From Eubacteriales bacterium (GTDB lineage: Bacteria > Bacillota > Clostridia > Oscillospirales > RGIG577): a DNA stretch of 64,000 nt. This document shows, in pieces, positions 39,867-48,791 of this stretch. Location: the NCBI GenBank assembly GCA_050943735.1, contig JBMNPT010000005.1, forward strand, positions 4,209-68,208, given 5' to 3'. The notes beneath the pieces were generated by a model, which did not search any database, was not told the origin of the DNA, and saw nothing but the letters and a program-made list of their open reading frames with translations. Position 1 is the first letter of the stretch. Each line of letters opens with the position of its first letter. Both the position numbers and the translations under genes were made by a program.

Positions 39867-41414
39867 TTGAAAAAAAGAGCTTTGCTGAGTGTATCGGACA
39901 AAACCGGCGTGGTGGAGTTCGCCAGAGGATTGGCGGAACTGGGCTATGAATTGGTCTCCACTGGCGGTACCGAAAAAACCATCCGCGACGCGGGAATCCC
40001 CGTGGTCAACATCACTGAAATCACCGGTTTCCCGGAATGTCTGGACGGTCGGGTGAAAACCCTGCATCCGGTGGTGCACGCTGGCATTCTGGCCATGCGG
40101 AGCAATCCGGAACACATGGCAACGCTGGAAAAAATGAACATCGTCCCCATTGATGTGGTGGCCATCAACCTCTATCCTTTCAAGCAGACCATGCTGAAAG
40201 AAGGGGTGTCGCTGGAAGAGTGCATTGAAAACATCGACATTGGCGGTCCTACCATGATCCGTGCCGCTGCAAAAAACTGGCAGGATGTGGCGGTGATCGT
40301 AGACCCCGCTGATTACACCATGGTACTGGAATCTCTCAAGGCCAACGGCGAAGTGAGCCGGGAGGACAAATTCCGTCTGGCGTATAAGGTGTTTGAGCAC
40401 ACCAGCCAATATGACACGCTGATTGCCACCTATCTGCGCCGCCAGATTGACAAGGACTGGCTGCCCGATGTATTTACCATGACCTTTGAAAAGGCCCAGG
40501 ATCTGCGGTATGGCGAAAATCCCCACCAGAAGGCGGTCTTCTATAAGGAGATTGGGAACCAGTTTACCGGGACCATCGCCGCTGCCCGGCAGCTGCACGG
40601 CAAAGAGCTCTCCTACAACAACATCAATGACACCAATGGCGCACTGGACCTGCTCAAGGAATTTGACGAGCCCTGCGCGGTGGCGGTGAAGCATGCCAAC
40701 CCCTGCGGTGTGGGGGTGGCCGACACCATCAGTGACGCCTATCACAAGGCGTACGAAGCGGACCCGGTGTCCATCTTTGGCGGGATTGTGGCGCTCAATC
40801 GGGAAGTGGATGCCGCAACTGCTGAGGAAATGTCTAAAATTTTCCTGGAGATCATCATTGCACCTTCCTTTAGTCCGGAGGCATTGGAGATTCTCACCAA
40901 AAAGAAAAATATTCGTTTGTTGGAACTGCCTGATATTTGCCGGAAAAACACCCCAGATATGCTGGATATGAAAAAGGTGGCCGGCGGTCTGCTGGTGCAG
41001 GAGATGAACGTGGAGCTGTATGATGACGCGGATTTGAAGGTGGTCACCAAGGCTCAGCCCACGCCTCAGCAACTGGCGGATATGAAATTCGGCATGAAGG
41101 TGGTCAAGCACACCAAGAGCAACGGCATTGTGCTGGTGGGAAACAACGCCACCATCGGCATTGGCCCTGGGCAGACCAACCGGATCACCGCGCTGGAACT
41201 GGCCATCAAGTACGGCGGGGACAAGGTGAAGGGAAGCGTGATGGCATCGGATGCCTTCTTCCCCTTTGATGACTGTGTGAAAGCGGCTCATGAGGCTGGT
41301 ATCACTGCGATTATCCAGCCCGGTGGCTCCATCAGGGATGAGGATTCCATCAAGGCCTGCGATGAGTACGGCATTGCCATGGTATTTACTGGGAAACGTC
41401 ATTTCAAGCACTGA
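39867..41414 (+). CDS. purH: bifunctional AICAR transformylase / IMP cyclohydrolase
   Basis: [17 protein letters not shown]...C-terminal [12 protein letters not shown] start. Confidence 0.93.
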   Translation: MKKRALLSVSDKTGVVEFARGLAELGYELVSTGGTEKTIRDAGIPVVNITEITGFPECLDGRVKTLHPVVHAGILAMRSNPEHMATLEKMNIVPIDVVAINLYPFKQTMLKEGVSLEECIENIDIGGPTMIRAAAKNWQDVAVIVDPADYTMVLESLKANGEVSREDKFRLAYKVFEHTSQYDTLIATYLRRQIDKDWLPDVFTMTFEKAQDLRYGENPHQKAVFYKEIGNQFTGTIAAARQLHGKELSYNNINDTNGALDLLKEFDEPCAVAVKHANPCGVGVADTISDAYHKAYEADPVSIFGGIVALNREVDAATAEEMSKIFLEIIIAPSFSPEALEILTKKKNIRLLELPDICRKNTPDMLDMKKVAGGLLVQEMNVELYDDADLKVVTKAQPTPQQLADMKFGMKVVKHTKSNGIVLVGNNATIGIGPGQTNRITALELAIKYGGDKVKGSVMASDAFFPFDDCVKAAHEAGITAIIQPGGSIRDEDSIKACDEYGIAMVFTGKRHFKH

Positions 41415-41428
41415 TGGAGGAGCAAACG

Positions 41429-42694
41429 ATGAAGGTATTGATTGTAGGCGGTGGCGGCCGGGAACACGCCATCGCGGTCAAACTGAAAGAAAGTCCTCTG
41501 GTGACCCAGCTGTATTGCGCACCAGGCAACGGCGGTACTGCTGCCATTGCCACCAATGTGGATATCAAAGCCACTGACGTGGAGGGCGTGGTACGTTTCA
41601 GCCGGGAACAGGGGATGGATTTTGTAGTGGTGGCCCCGGATGATCCGCTGATGCTGGGTATGGTGGATGCTCTCAATGAGGTGGGGATCCCCACTTTTGG
41701 GCCTCGGAAAAACGCCGCTATCATTGAAGGCAGCAAAGCGTTTTCCAAGGAGCTCATGAAAAAATACCACATTCCCACTGCGGAATACGAGGTGTTTACC
41801 GACAGTGCCAGTGCCATTGCCTATGTGAAGGCACAGGGGAAATTCCCCACTGTCATCAAGGCCGATGGACTGGCTTTGGGTAAGGGGGTCATTATTGCTC
41901 AGAACTTGGAGGAGGCCGAAACGGCCATCCATGATATGATGGATGAGGGGCGTTTTGGTCAGGCCGGCAGCCGGGTGGTCATTGAGGAGTTCCTCACTGG
42001 TCCGGAAATTTCGGTGCTGGCCTTCTGTGATGGAAAGACTGTACGGCCCATGGTATCTGCCCAGGACCACAAACGGGCCTTTGATGAAGACAAAGGCCCC
42101 AACACCGGCGGCATGGGAACTTTCAGCCCCAGCAAGGTCTACACGCCGGAGGTGGCACAGGAATGTATGGAAAACATCTTCCTGCCCACAGTGCGGGCTA
42201 TGCAGGCTGAGGGCCGTCCCTTTAGCGGATGCCTGTACTTTGGATTGATGAAAACCCCCCAAGGAGTTAAGGTTATTGAATACAATTCTCGTTTTGGCGA
42301 TCCCGAAACCCAGGTGGTACTGCCCCGGCTCAAGAGTGATCTGATGGAGATTTTCCTGGCCATCTGGCGGGGAGAACTGGATCAGATGGAAATTGAGTGG
42401 GAAGACAACGCTGCGGTCTGTGTGGTGATGGCTTCGGGTGGATATCCCGGAAAATATACCACCGGCTATCCCATTACCGGTCTGGAAGAGGCCGAGAAGC
42501 TGAGTGGCTGTCGGGTTTATCACGCAGGAACCCGTCTGGAGGGAGGACAGATGCTCACCAATGGCGGCCGGGTGCTGGGGGTGACCCGCATCGGCAGTAA
42601 TCTGGAAGAGGCGATCCGTCTGGCTTATGAAGCGGTGGACAAAATTGATTTTCAGGACAAGCATTTCCGCCGGGACATTGGGGTAAAGAAATAA
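41429..42694 (+). CDS. purD: phosphoribosylamine-glycine ligase
   Basis: MKVLIVGGGGREHAIA... ATG 41429 follows RBS GGAGGAG. Confidence 0.93.
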   Translation: MKVLIVGGGGREHAIAVKLKESPLVTQLYCAPGNGGTAAIATNVDIKATDVEGVVRFSREQGMDFVVVAPDDPLMLGMVDALNEVGIPTFGPRKNAAIIEGSKAFSKELMKKYHIPTAEYEVFTDSASAIAYVKAQGKFPTVIKADGLALGKGVIIAQNLEEAETAIHDMMDEGRFGQAGSRVVIEEFLTGPEISVLAFCDGKTVRPMVSAQDHKRAFDEDKGPNTGGMGTFSPSKVYTPEVAQECMENIFLPTVRAMQAEGRPFSGCLYFGLMKTPQGVKVIEYNSRFGDPETQVVLPRLKSDLMEIFLAIWRGELDQMEIEWEDNAAVCVVMASGGYPGKYTTGYPITGLEEAEKLSGCRVYHAGTRLEGGQMLTNGGRVLGVTRIGSNLEEAIRLAYEAVDKIDFQDKHFRRDIGVKK

Positions 42695-42708
42695 CAATCA
42701 CAAAAATA

Positions 42709-42760
42709 CAAAAAGCCCACAGTGGTACGTAATGTACTCACTGTGGGCTTTCTTTTTTTG
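42709..42760. terminator. bidirectional terminator (purD / convergent membrane-protein gene)
   Basis: AGCCCACAGTG/CACTGTGGGCT stem followed by a T-run. Confidence 0.8.
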
Positions 42761-42762
42761 TT

Positions 42763-43419
42763 TTATCGCCGGGCGCGCCGGGAAACACGTTGTACTCTGG
42801 AAGGAGCGGTGGTACGCCGCCCAGAAGGGGCGAGAGGAGCATCGCTATAGGTAAGACGGGATGCTTGCCACAGCAAAATTGCATAGGCCAGCGTGAGCAG
42901 CACTGACAAAAAAGCCATCACAATGACCAGCAAAGTGGAGTAAATGTTTTGAATCTGCAAAGCGATGAGCGCAACCAGAATGATTAGTAAATTGCCAAAC
43001 AACAAAGCACTACGCAGGCGAATGACCCGGTCCCGAAATGCGTACTGACGCAGGTCAATGGACAGACGAACCAACCCGCTGCAAATAGAAAAGTCGGCGG
43101 CCAAAATGAGAAGGGTATTACAGACTTCCAATGGGTAAACCAACTGGTCAAAATATGGCAGGCTACTCAGTAAAGGATCAAAAGGGGCCAACAACAAATA
43201 CGACGTGATGGCCATGGCTCCTGCAAGAAAAAATCCTGCTCGCAAAAAATTGCGATTGGTACGGTACAGAGAAAGTACCCCCCACAACATCAGGGAAAGA
43301 CAAAGCAAATCCACCAGAAAGGTAAGTGGTCCTGTGCCTGTGGGAAGAATTCCCAGTAGGACTCCCCAGAATATTTTTTTGAGATGGAGCTGCCGTTCAG
43401 CAGCGGTCATTGGTTCCAT
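42763..43419 (-). CDS. hypothetical polytopic membrane protein with a highly basic C-terminal tail
   Basis: About 218 aa from MEPMTAAERQ with about 6 predicted TM helices and a C-terminal RRTTAPSRVQRVSRRARR. The upstream 5' extension of the track ORF (to 43737) is AT-rich non-coding. Promoter TTTACA-17-TATAAT on the minus strand at 43462-43490. Confidence 0.6.
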   Translation of the reverse strand: MEPMTAAERQLHLKKIFWGVLLGILPTGTGPLTFLVDLLCLSLMLWGVLSLYRTNRNFLRAGFFLAGAMAITSYLLLAPFDPLLSSLPYFDQLVYPLEVCNTLLILAADFSICSGLVRLSIDLRQYAFRDRVIRLRSALLFGNLLIILVALIALQIQNIYSTLLVIVMAFLSVLLTLAYAILLWQASRLTYSDAPLAPSGRRTTAPSRVQRVSRRARR

Positions 43420-43508
43420 AAGGTTTTTCCATTTCTGATTTGATAGATTCCATTGAGCTATATTATAGGGCAAATTTACTAATTTGTAAATACAAAAACA
43501 ACAAAATT

Positions 43509-43522
43509 CGAAAATTTGTTCG
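43509..43522. promoter_or_regulatory. LexA (Cheo/SOS) box 1, CGAAAATTTGTTCG
   Basis: 13 of 14 matches to the Firmicutes consensus CGAAC-N4-GTTCG. It lies 7 nt upstream of the -35. Confidence 0.6.
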
Positions 43523-43528
43523 ACTTTA

Positions 43529-43557
43529 TTGACATAAGATGGGAAATATTGTAAAGT
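43529..43557 (+). promoter_or_regulatory. promoter of the phage-like cluster regulator
   Basis: TTGACA, 17-nt spacer, TAAAGT. Confidence 0.5.
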
Positions 43558-43562
43558 AAAAT

Positions 43563-43576
43563 AGAACAAATGTTCT
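43563..43576. promoter_or_regulatory. LexA (Cheo/SOS) box 2, AGAACAAATGTTCT
   Basis: Perfect GAAC-N4-GTTC core, 6 nt downstream of the -10 and just upstream of RBS AAGGAGG. Confidence 0.7.
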
Positions 43577-43593
43577 AAAGGAGGTGCTTCATT

Positions 43594-43977
43594 ATGAATG
43601 CGGCACAGAAAATCGCGTATTTGAGTCAGTACAAACAAATAGATTTGGAAATTGATCGCATGATTCATGAAGTGGATGTGTGGAAAAAACGGTTGGAGCC
43701 TTTTTCTACAGAGGAGGAAAAAGTGAGGGTGATCCATTTACTGCGGCACATCAATCGGGAGATTGACCGATTGGTGGATCTGCGTGAAGCCATGGAACGC
43801 TCCATCCGTACTGTGGATGACAAAACTCTGCAGACCTTGTTGCGCTGCCGTTACATAGACGGGCTTACCTGGGAAGCGTTGGCGGAACAGATGGTCTATT
43901 CCTATCAGCATGTGTTTCGTCTGCACAAAAAAGCCATTGATCTTCTGGAACTGGACCAAGATGTGATACAATGCTAG
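43594..43977 (+). CDS. sigma-70 region-4-like HTH protein, phage late-gene activator candidate (positional analogue of PBSX Xpf)
   Basis: 127 aa. The C-terminal LLRCRYIDGLTWEALAEQMVYSYQHVFRLHKKAIDLL is a sigma region 4 HTH pattern. The N-terminus is a coiled coil. It is the first gene of the cluster. Confidence 0.7.
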   Translation: MNAAQKIAYLSQYKQIDLEIDRMIHEVDVWKKRLEPFSTEEEKVRVIHLLRHINREIDRLVDLREAMERSIRTVDDKTLQTLLRCRYIDGLTWEALAEQMVYSYQHVFRLHKKAIDLLELDQDVIQC

Positions 43978-44050
43978 TCCCTCTCTGTGCTACGGTATGT
44001 TTGCGGTCGGGAAACCGGCTGGCAATTCAATCACAGAGAGGAGAAGAGGA

Positions 44051-44218
44051 ATGAAAAAACTGGCAGATCAAAAGGAAATCCAGGCCTTTTGGACCTCTGT
44101 GATGCGCAGTGAGGAGGCAACCATCGCCGAACGCTTCAAAGCCTCTGAACTGCTGGCAAAAAACAGGGAAGAGGAGGCTGTGGATCTGAAACTCAAATGG
44201 TTCAAGGAAGACGAGTGA
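44051..44218 (+). CDS. 55-aa terminase small-subunit-like protein (C-terminal module only)
   Basis: It lies immediately upstream of, and overlaps, the terminase large subunit gene. ERFKASELLAKNREEE resembles the RLKALELLGK motif of small terminases. RBS GAGGAGAAGAGGA. Confidence 0.4.
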   Translation: MKKLADQKEIQAFWTSVMRSEEATIAERFKASELLAKNREEEAVDLKLKWFKEDE

Positions 44219-45444
44219 CAAAAGCACGTACTCTGCGGCGCGAGGTTTGCAATTCTTGGGTGTACAGTCAGGTGGATGACTACTCCCATCGGATTGAGGT
44301 GTACTGCGGAGGTGCGGGAAGTGGTAAGTCCTACGGCGCCATGCAGAAAATGCTTCTCAAAGCGCTCAACTACCGGCGGCGTGTGCTGGTGGTGCGCAAG
44401 GTGGCGGACACTCTGCGGGCCAGCGTATTTGAACTGCTTCTCCAATTGCTGCGGGACAGCGGTCTGTACGAAGTGGCCCGCATCCGGCGCAGCGAAATGC
44501 GTGTGACTCTGCCCGGCGGCAGTGAGTTCCTGTTCCGGGGGATTGACGACCCCGAAAAGGTGAAGTCCATCACTGGACTCACCGACATTGTCATTGAGGA
44601 AGCTACGGAACTGTCCCGGGAGGATTTCATTCAGCTCAATTTACGTCTGCGCTGCCTGGAGCCCTTTCCTCAGATTTATGTGCTGTTCAATCCCATCAGC
44701 AAAGCCAACTGGGTGTACGATCGATTTATTCTCCATCCACCCGAAAATTGCAGGCTGGTCCGCACTACCTGGAAGGACAACCGGTTCCTACCCGAAGAAT
44801 ATGGCAGGGAGCTGGAGACCATGGCCGAAACAGATCCCGTCAAGTACCGCATTTACGCGCTGGGAGAATTCGCCACGCTGGACCGGCTGGTATTTCCCCA
44901 GGTGGAGGTTCGGGCCATCTCCCCCCAGGAGGTGGAAGGGCTGCCTTTCTTCGGGGGACTGGATTTCGGCTACGTAAACGATCCTACCGCTTTGGTATGG
45001 GGACGGTATGATCGAACCAATCGTCGGATCTTCATTTTGGGGGAGTACTTTGGCAAGGGTATGCTCAATCGGCAGATCGCCGAAAAAATTCAACAGATGG
45101 GACTTTCCAAGGAAATCTGGACTGCCGACAGCAGTGAAATTAAGAGCATCGATGAGCTGCGTTCCCTGGGACTCTCCCGGGTGCGGGCCGCCCGGAAAGG
45201 TCCCGGCAGCGTTCGCTTTGGCCTGAGCTGGTTGGCAGGCAGAAGCCTGATCTTACAGGAGAACTGCCCCCGCTTGCTGGAGGAGTTCGAAAATTACACC
45301 TGGAAAAAAGATCCCCGTTCCGGGGAGTATTGCAATGAACCCATTGACAGCTGGAACCATGGCATCGATGCCCTGCGCTACGGATTGGAGCATCAGATGC
45401 GAGGCGGTGGCATGGAAGTGCTGAAATGGAACAAGGAGGTTTGA
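44197..45444 (+). CDS. terminase large subunit, PBSX/XtmB type
   Basis: Walker A VYCGGAGSGKSYG and Walker B-like LTDIVIEEATE, about 415 aa. An alternative GTG start at 44215 forms a GTGA overlap. Confidence 0.9.
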   Translation: MVQGRRVTKARTLRREVCNSWVYSQVDDYSHRIEVYCGGAGSGKSYGAMQKMLLKALNYRRRVLVVRKVADTLRASVFELLLQLLRDSGLYEVARIRRSEMRVTLPGGSEFLFRGIDDPEKVKSITGLTDIVIEEATELSREDFIQLNLRLRCLEPFPQIYVLFNPISKANWVYDRFILHPPENCRLVRTTWKDNRFLPEEYGRELETMAETDPVKYRIYALGEFATLDRLVFPQVEVRAISPQEVEGLPFFGGLDFGYVNDPTALVWGRYDRTNRRIFILGEYFGKGMLNRQIAEKIQQMGLSKEIWTADSSEIKSIDELRSLGLSRVRAARKGPGSVRFGLSWLAGRSLILQENCPRLLEEFENYTWKKDPRSGEYCNEPIDSWNHGIDALRYGLEHQMRGGGMEVLKWNKEV

Positions 45445-45445
45445 T

Positions 45446-46717
45446 ATGGCATTCACCAATGAGGAAATGGCCAGGACACTGGCCCGGGCGGTGGCCGAAC
45501 AAACTGATTTCGCCCAGCGCTGTCAGGTGGCCAGACGCTATTATCAGAATCGCAACGACATTCTCCACACCGGAGCGGTTCCCCGCTGGCAGACCCAGCC
45601 CAATCCCCTGCGCAACAGCGATGTGCGCATCAGCCACAACTGGCACAGCATTCTGGTCAATCAGAAAACATCCTATCTGTTCAGCTACGCGCCCACTCTG
45701 GATGTGGGAGATCGCAGGCTCAACGCTCGTCTGACCCAGATGCTGGGGGATGGATATGGAAAAATGATGAAGGATCTCTGTGTGGAGGCCAGCAACTGTG
45801 GGGTGGCATGGCTCTTCCTGTGGCTGGATGATGAACGGCAGCTGCAAATGCAGGTGATGGACAGCGAACAGATTGTCCCCATTTATTCGGATGATTTACA
45901 GAAAACCCTCAAGGCTGTCCTTCGTATTTACACCCAGCGGGATGAGGCCGATCAGCCGGTGACTCGATGCGAGCTGTGGGATGAGGAAACTATGCAGACC
46001 GGTCGTTGGAACGGCGGCCAATGGGTGCCTGACAATCAGCAGATCTACTATCATGGTATCGGTCAGATTCCCTTTATTCCCTTCTGGAACAATGGAGAGG
46101 GAACTGGCGACCTGGAGATGTACCAAGGTCTGATTGATCAATACGATCGGGTGGTGAGCGGATTTGCCAACGATCTGGCAGACATTCAGGAGGTGATCTT
46201 CGTCATCCGCAATTACGGAGGCGAGGATTTGGGGACCTTCCTGGGTGAGCTCAAACGGTACAAGGCCATCAAGGTGGACAGCGACGGCGGTAACAGCGGT
46301 GTGGACACCATGCAGATTCAGATTCCGGTGGAGGCTCGTATGGAGTTCCTGGAACTGCTCAAAAAGCAGATCTTTATCTCCGGTCATGGGGTATTCCCCG
46401 CTCAGGACAATCTGCCCAACACCAGCGGGGTGGCTTTGCAGTACATGTACAGTCTGCTGGAGATCAAAGCGGGCTTGCTGGAAGTGGAGTTCCGTCAGAG
46501 TCTGGCCCAACTGGCCCGTCTGCTGCTGCGGCACATGGGCTGCCGCAAAGAACTGACCATCCGTCAGACCTGGATCCGCAATGCCATCCGCAATGAGACG
46601 GAACTGGCGCAGATCTGTGCGGACAGCAGTCAGCTGCTCAGCCGTGAAACCATTCTGCGGCATCATCCCTGGGTGGAAGATCCACAGGAAGAGATGGAGT
46701 CGGACGGTCAGGAATGA
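45446..46717 (+). CDS. portal protein, SPP1 Gp6-like
   Basis: 423 aa. ARRYYQNRNDILH...LRNSDVRISHNWHSILVNQKTSYLF matches the Gp6-family N-terminal pattern. It follows the terminase gene. Confidence 0.85.
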   Translation: MAFTNEEMARTLARAVAEQTDFAQRCQVARRYYQNRNDILHTGAVPRWQTQPNPLRNSDVRISHNWHSILVNQKTSYLFSYAPTLDVGDRRLNARLTQMLGDGYGKMMKDLCVEASNCGVAWLFLWLDDERQLQMQVMDSEQIVPIYSDDLQKTLKAVLRIYTQRDEADQPVTRCELWDEETMQTGRWNGGQWVPDNQQIYYHGIGQIPFIPFWNNGEGTGDLEMYQGLIDQYDRVVSGFANDLADIQEVIFVIRNYGGEDLGTFLGELKRYKAIKVDSDGGNSGVDTMQIQIPVEARMEFLELLKKQIFISGHGVFPAQDNLPNTSGVALQYMYSLLEIKAGLLEVEFRQSLAQLARLLLRHMGCRKELTIRQTWIRNAIRNETELAQICADSSQLLSRETILRHHPWVEDPQEEMESDGQE

Positions 46718-46771
46718 ACATGTGGTGAGGGGAGGATCCCGGGTGTGTGGTGGGAAACAAGGAGGAATACC

Positions 46772-47215
46772 ATGGAACAGAATAACTTGTCTGCTGCCGC
46801 TGTACTGGCCCAGATTGTACAGCTGATGCAGCAATATGCGGGGATGCAGTCGGCACCAGCCGCTGGTATGCCCCAGAGCACTGGCGGAGATGATCCGCTG
46901 ACCCGTCTGCAAGAGGAAAACAGACAGCTGCAATCCCGTCTGCAGCTCAGCCAGCAGGATATGCTGCTGGAACGGGCTCTGCTGAAAGCAGGCTGCCGCA
47001 ATACCACTGCGGCCAAAGCTTTGGTACAGCCTCAGTGGCTGGAAGGAGAGCAGGCTTTGCAGCCTGAGGAGATTGTACAGGCTTTGATGGAAGAGGCCCC
47101 CTATTTGTTTGAAGAGCCTCAGCCTCTGGGCTATCGTCCTGTGGCCGGTCAGGGTCAGGACTCGGAAGAGGCTCTGCGGGAAATGATTCGCAAAGGTTTG
47201 AGAGGAGAGATGTGA
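46772..47215 (+). CDS. capsid scaffolding protein
   Basis: About 147 aa, helical and coiled coil (LQEENRQLQSRLQLSQQDMLLERALL). It sits between the portal and the major capsid. RBS AAGGAGG. Confidence 0.65.
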   Translation: MEQNNLSAAAVLAQIVQLMQQYAGMQSAPAAGMPQSTGGDDPLTRLQEENRQLQSRLQLSQQDMLLERALLKAGCRNTTAAKALVQPQWLEGEQALQPEEIVQALMEEAPYLFEEPQPLGYRPVAGQGQDSEEALREMIRKGLRGEM

Positions 47216-47216
47216 G

Positions 47217-48128
47217 ATGGCATTTAACACACTGGAATTTGCAAAGGTATTTCAGAAGGAACTGGACAAGCTGGTGGTGGCACAGTGCACCAGCGGCTGG
47301 ATGGAAAGCAACGCCGGTATGATTCAGTACAGCGGCGGTGATGAAATCAAAATTCCCATGCTGACTGTGGATGGTCTGGCGGATTATGATCGGGAAGATG
47401 GCTTTACCCGCGGTGCAGTCAATCTGAGCTTCCAGACCCTGAAGCTCAGCCAGGACAGAGGCAGAAGTTTTCAGATCGACGCCATGGATGTGGATGAAAC
47501 CAGCTTTGGCGCCAGCGTGAGCAATATTGTGGGAGAGTTTCAGCGCAGCCGCGTAGTACCTGAGATTGACAGCTATCGTTACAGCCGCATTGCTACGCTG
47601 TGCAGTGCAGACCATGCCACTACTTATACGGCGGATGCTTCTACCATTCTGACAACGCTGCGGTCCGATATTGAAAACATCTACGAAAAGGCCGGTGAAA
47701 TCGATCTGGTGATCACCCTGTCTTCCGCCGCAGCCAATCTGCTGGAAGGCAGCAGTGAATTCAACGCCATGGTGGACGCCGGTGATTTCAAGAGTGGAGA
47801 ATACTCCTGCCGCGTACGTTATTTCAATGGCAATCCCATTGTACGTGTCCCCAGTGCTCGTATGAAATCGGCCTATACCTTCTATGATGGTGTGACCGAA
47901 GGACAGACCGCCGGCGGTTTTGTGCCCGCCCCAGAAGCCAAGCAGATCAACTGGATCATCAGCAGCCGCACCGCTCCCATTGCAGTATCCAAAACCGATC
48001 AGGTGCGGATTTTCGATCCCCTGCACAACCAGAGCATGAACGCCTGGAAGGTGGATTACCGCAAGTACCATGATCTCTTTGTACCCACCAACAAGCTGGA
48101 TGAAATGTGGGTCAACATGGAGGGGTAA
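47217..48128 (+). CDS. major capsid protein (XkdG/YqbE-like)
   Basis: 303 aa, assigned by position and sequence style (MAFNTLEFAKVFQKELDK...). Confidence 0.8.
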   Translation: MAFNTLEFAKVFQKELDKLVVAQCTSGWMESNAGMIQYSGGDEIKIPMLTVDGLADYDREDGFTRGAVNLSFQTLKLSQDRGRSFQIDAMDVDETSFGASVSNIVGEFQRSRVVPEIDSYRYSRIATLCSADHATTYTADASTILTTLRSDIENIYEKAGEIDLVITLSSAAANLLEGSSEFNAMVDAGDFKSGEYSCRVRYFNGNPIVRVPSARMKSAYTFYDGVTEGQTAGGFVPAPEAKQINWIISSRTAPIAVSKTDQVRIFDPLHNQSMNAWKVDYRKYHDLFVPTNKLDEMWVNMEG

Positions 48129-48130
48129 TC

Positions 48131-48424
48131 ATGGATATGGAAGTCCTGGCACAGCGCCTCCTGCAGCGGGAACCGGCACTGGAAACCAGGGAGACCGCTC
48201 TGGAACGCCTGGAAGAGGCGGCCCAGCGGATTCGAAATTATACCCATCTGGATGAGGTGCCGGATGAACTGGAAGGGGTACTGCTCTCCATGGCACAGCG
48301 CCTGGAGGAAGAGGGCGTGGAAGCCATTTACGAAGGGGACACCAAGGTGCAGTACGCTCATACAGAGCCGGAAGCTCTATATTACTCCCAACTCAACCGG
48401 TTCCGAAAGAGGTGCGGACCATGA
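48131..48424 (+). CDS. head-tail connector protein (gp6-like/YqbG-like)
   Basis: 97 aa and helical. It is the first small ORF after the capsid gene. Confidence 0.6.
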   Translation: MDMEVLAQRLLQREPALETRETALERLEEAAQRIRNYTHLDEVPDELEGVLLSMAQRLEEEGVEAIYEGDTKVQYAHTEPEALYYSQLNRFRKRCGP

Positions 48425-48777
48425 CCAGTCGGATTCTACAGCGGCTGATGAATCAACGAGGAGACATCTGGCGCGGTGAAAAACGGGTGGAAAATGGTGT
48501 GCAATTTGTGGAATACCAACTGCTGCAGAGTGGCGTACCCTGCCGGGTATCCCAGATTGGCACTGGGCGTACCATCCTGAAAAAACCTCAGGGAGAGGAA
48601 CTCTCTGAAATTGAGCAGGAGCTCAAAGGCTTTTTTCCATGGGACGCAGATGTACAGAGTGGCGATCGGCTGGTGGTGACCCTGAACAAAACCCAGCACA
48701 TTCTGGAGGTGGGTGAGGTTTTTGTATACCAAAACTCCCACCGGGAGTGTAGACTGAGCCGTTTGCAGACGGTATGA
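48421..48777 (+). CDS. head closure / head-tail adaptor protein
   Basis: 118 aa with an ATGA overlap with the preceding ORF. Beta-rich pattern typical of SPP1 gp16-like proteins. Confidence 0.6.
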   Translation: MTSRILQRLMNQRGDIWRGEKRVENGVQFVEYQLLQSGVPCRVSQIGTGRTILKKPQGEELSEIEQELKGFFPWDADVQSGDRLVVTLNKTQHILEVGEVFVYQNSHRECRLSRLQTV

Positions 48778-48791
48778 AAGGAGAGGGTGAA

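Noticed and set aside
43420-43600. I searched the left (43420-43600) and right (55875-56012) borders of the phage-like cluster for direct repeats (att sites), tRNA targets or integrase remnants.
   Set aside because: No shared repeat of 10 bp or more was seen by eye, and there is no integrase or tRNA at either border. I therefore do not call it an integrated prophage with defined att sites. A computational repeat search would be needed to be sure.
43420-43737. The 5' extension of the minus-strand membrane-protein ORF (track ORF 42763-43737), which would overlap the phage-like regulator gene.
   Set aside because: The extension runs through the AT-rich intergenic region containing two promoters and the LexA boxes, and is antisense to 43594-43977. 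The internal ATG at 43419 begins the hydrophobic protein.
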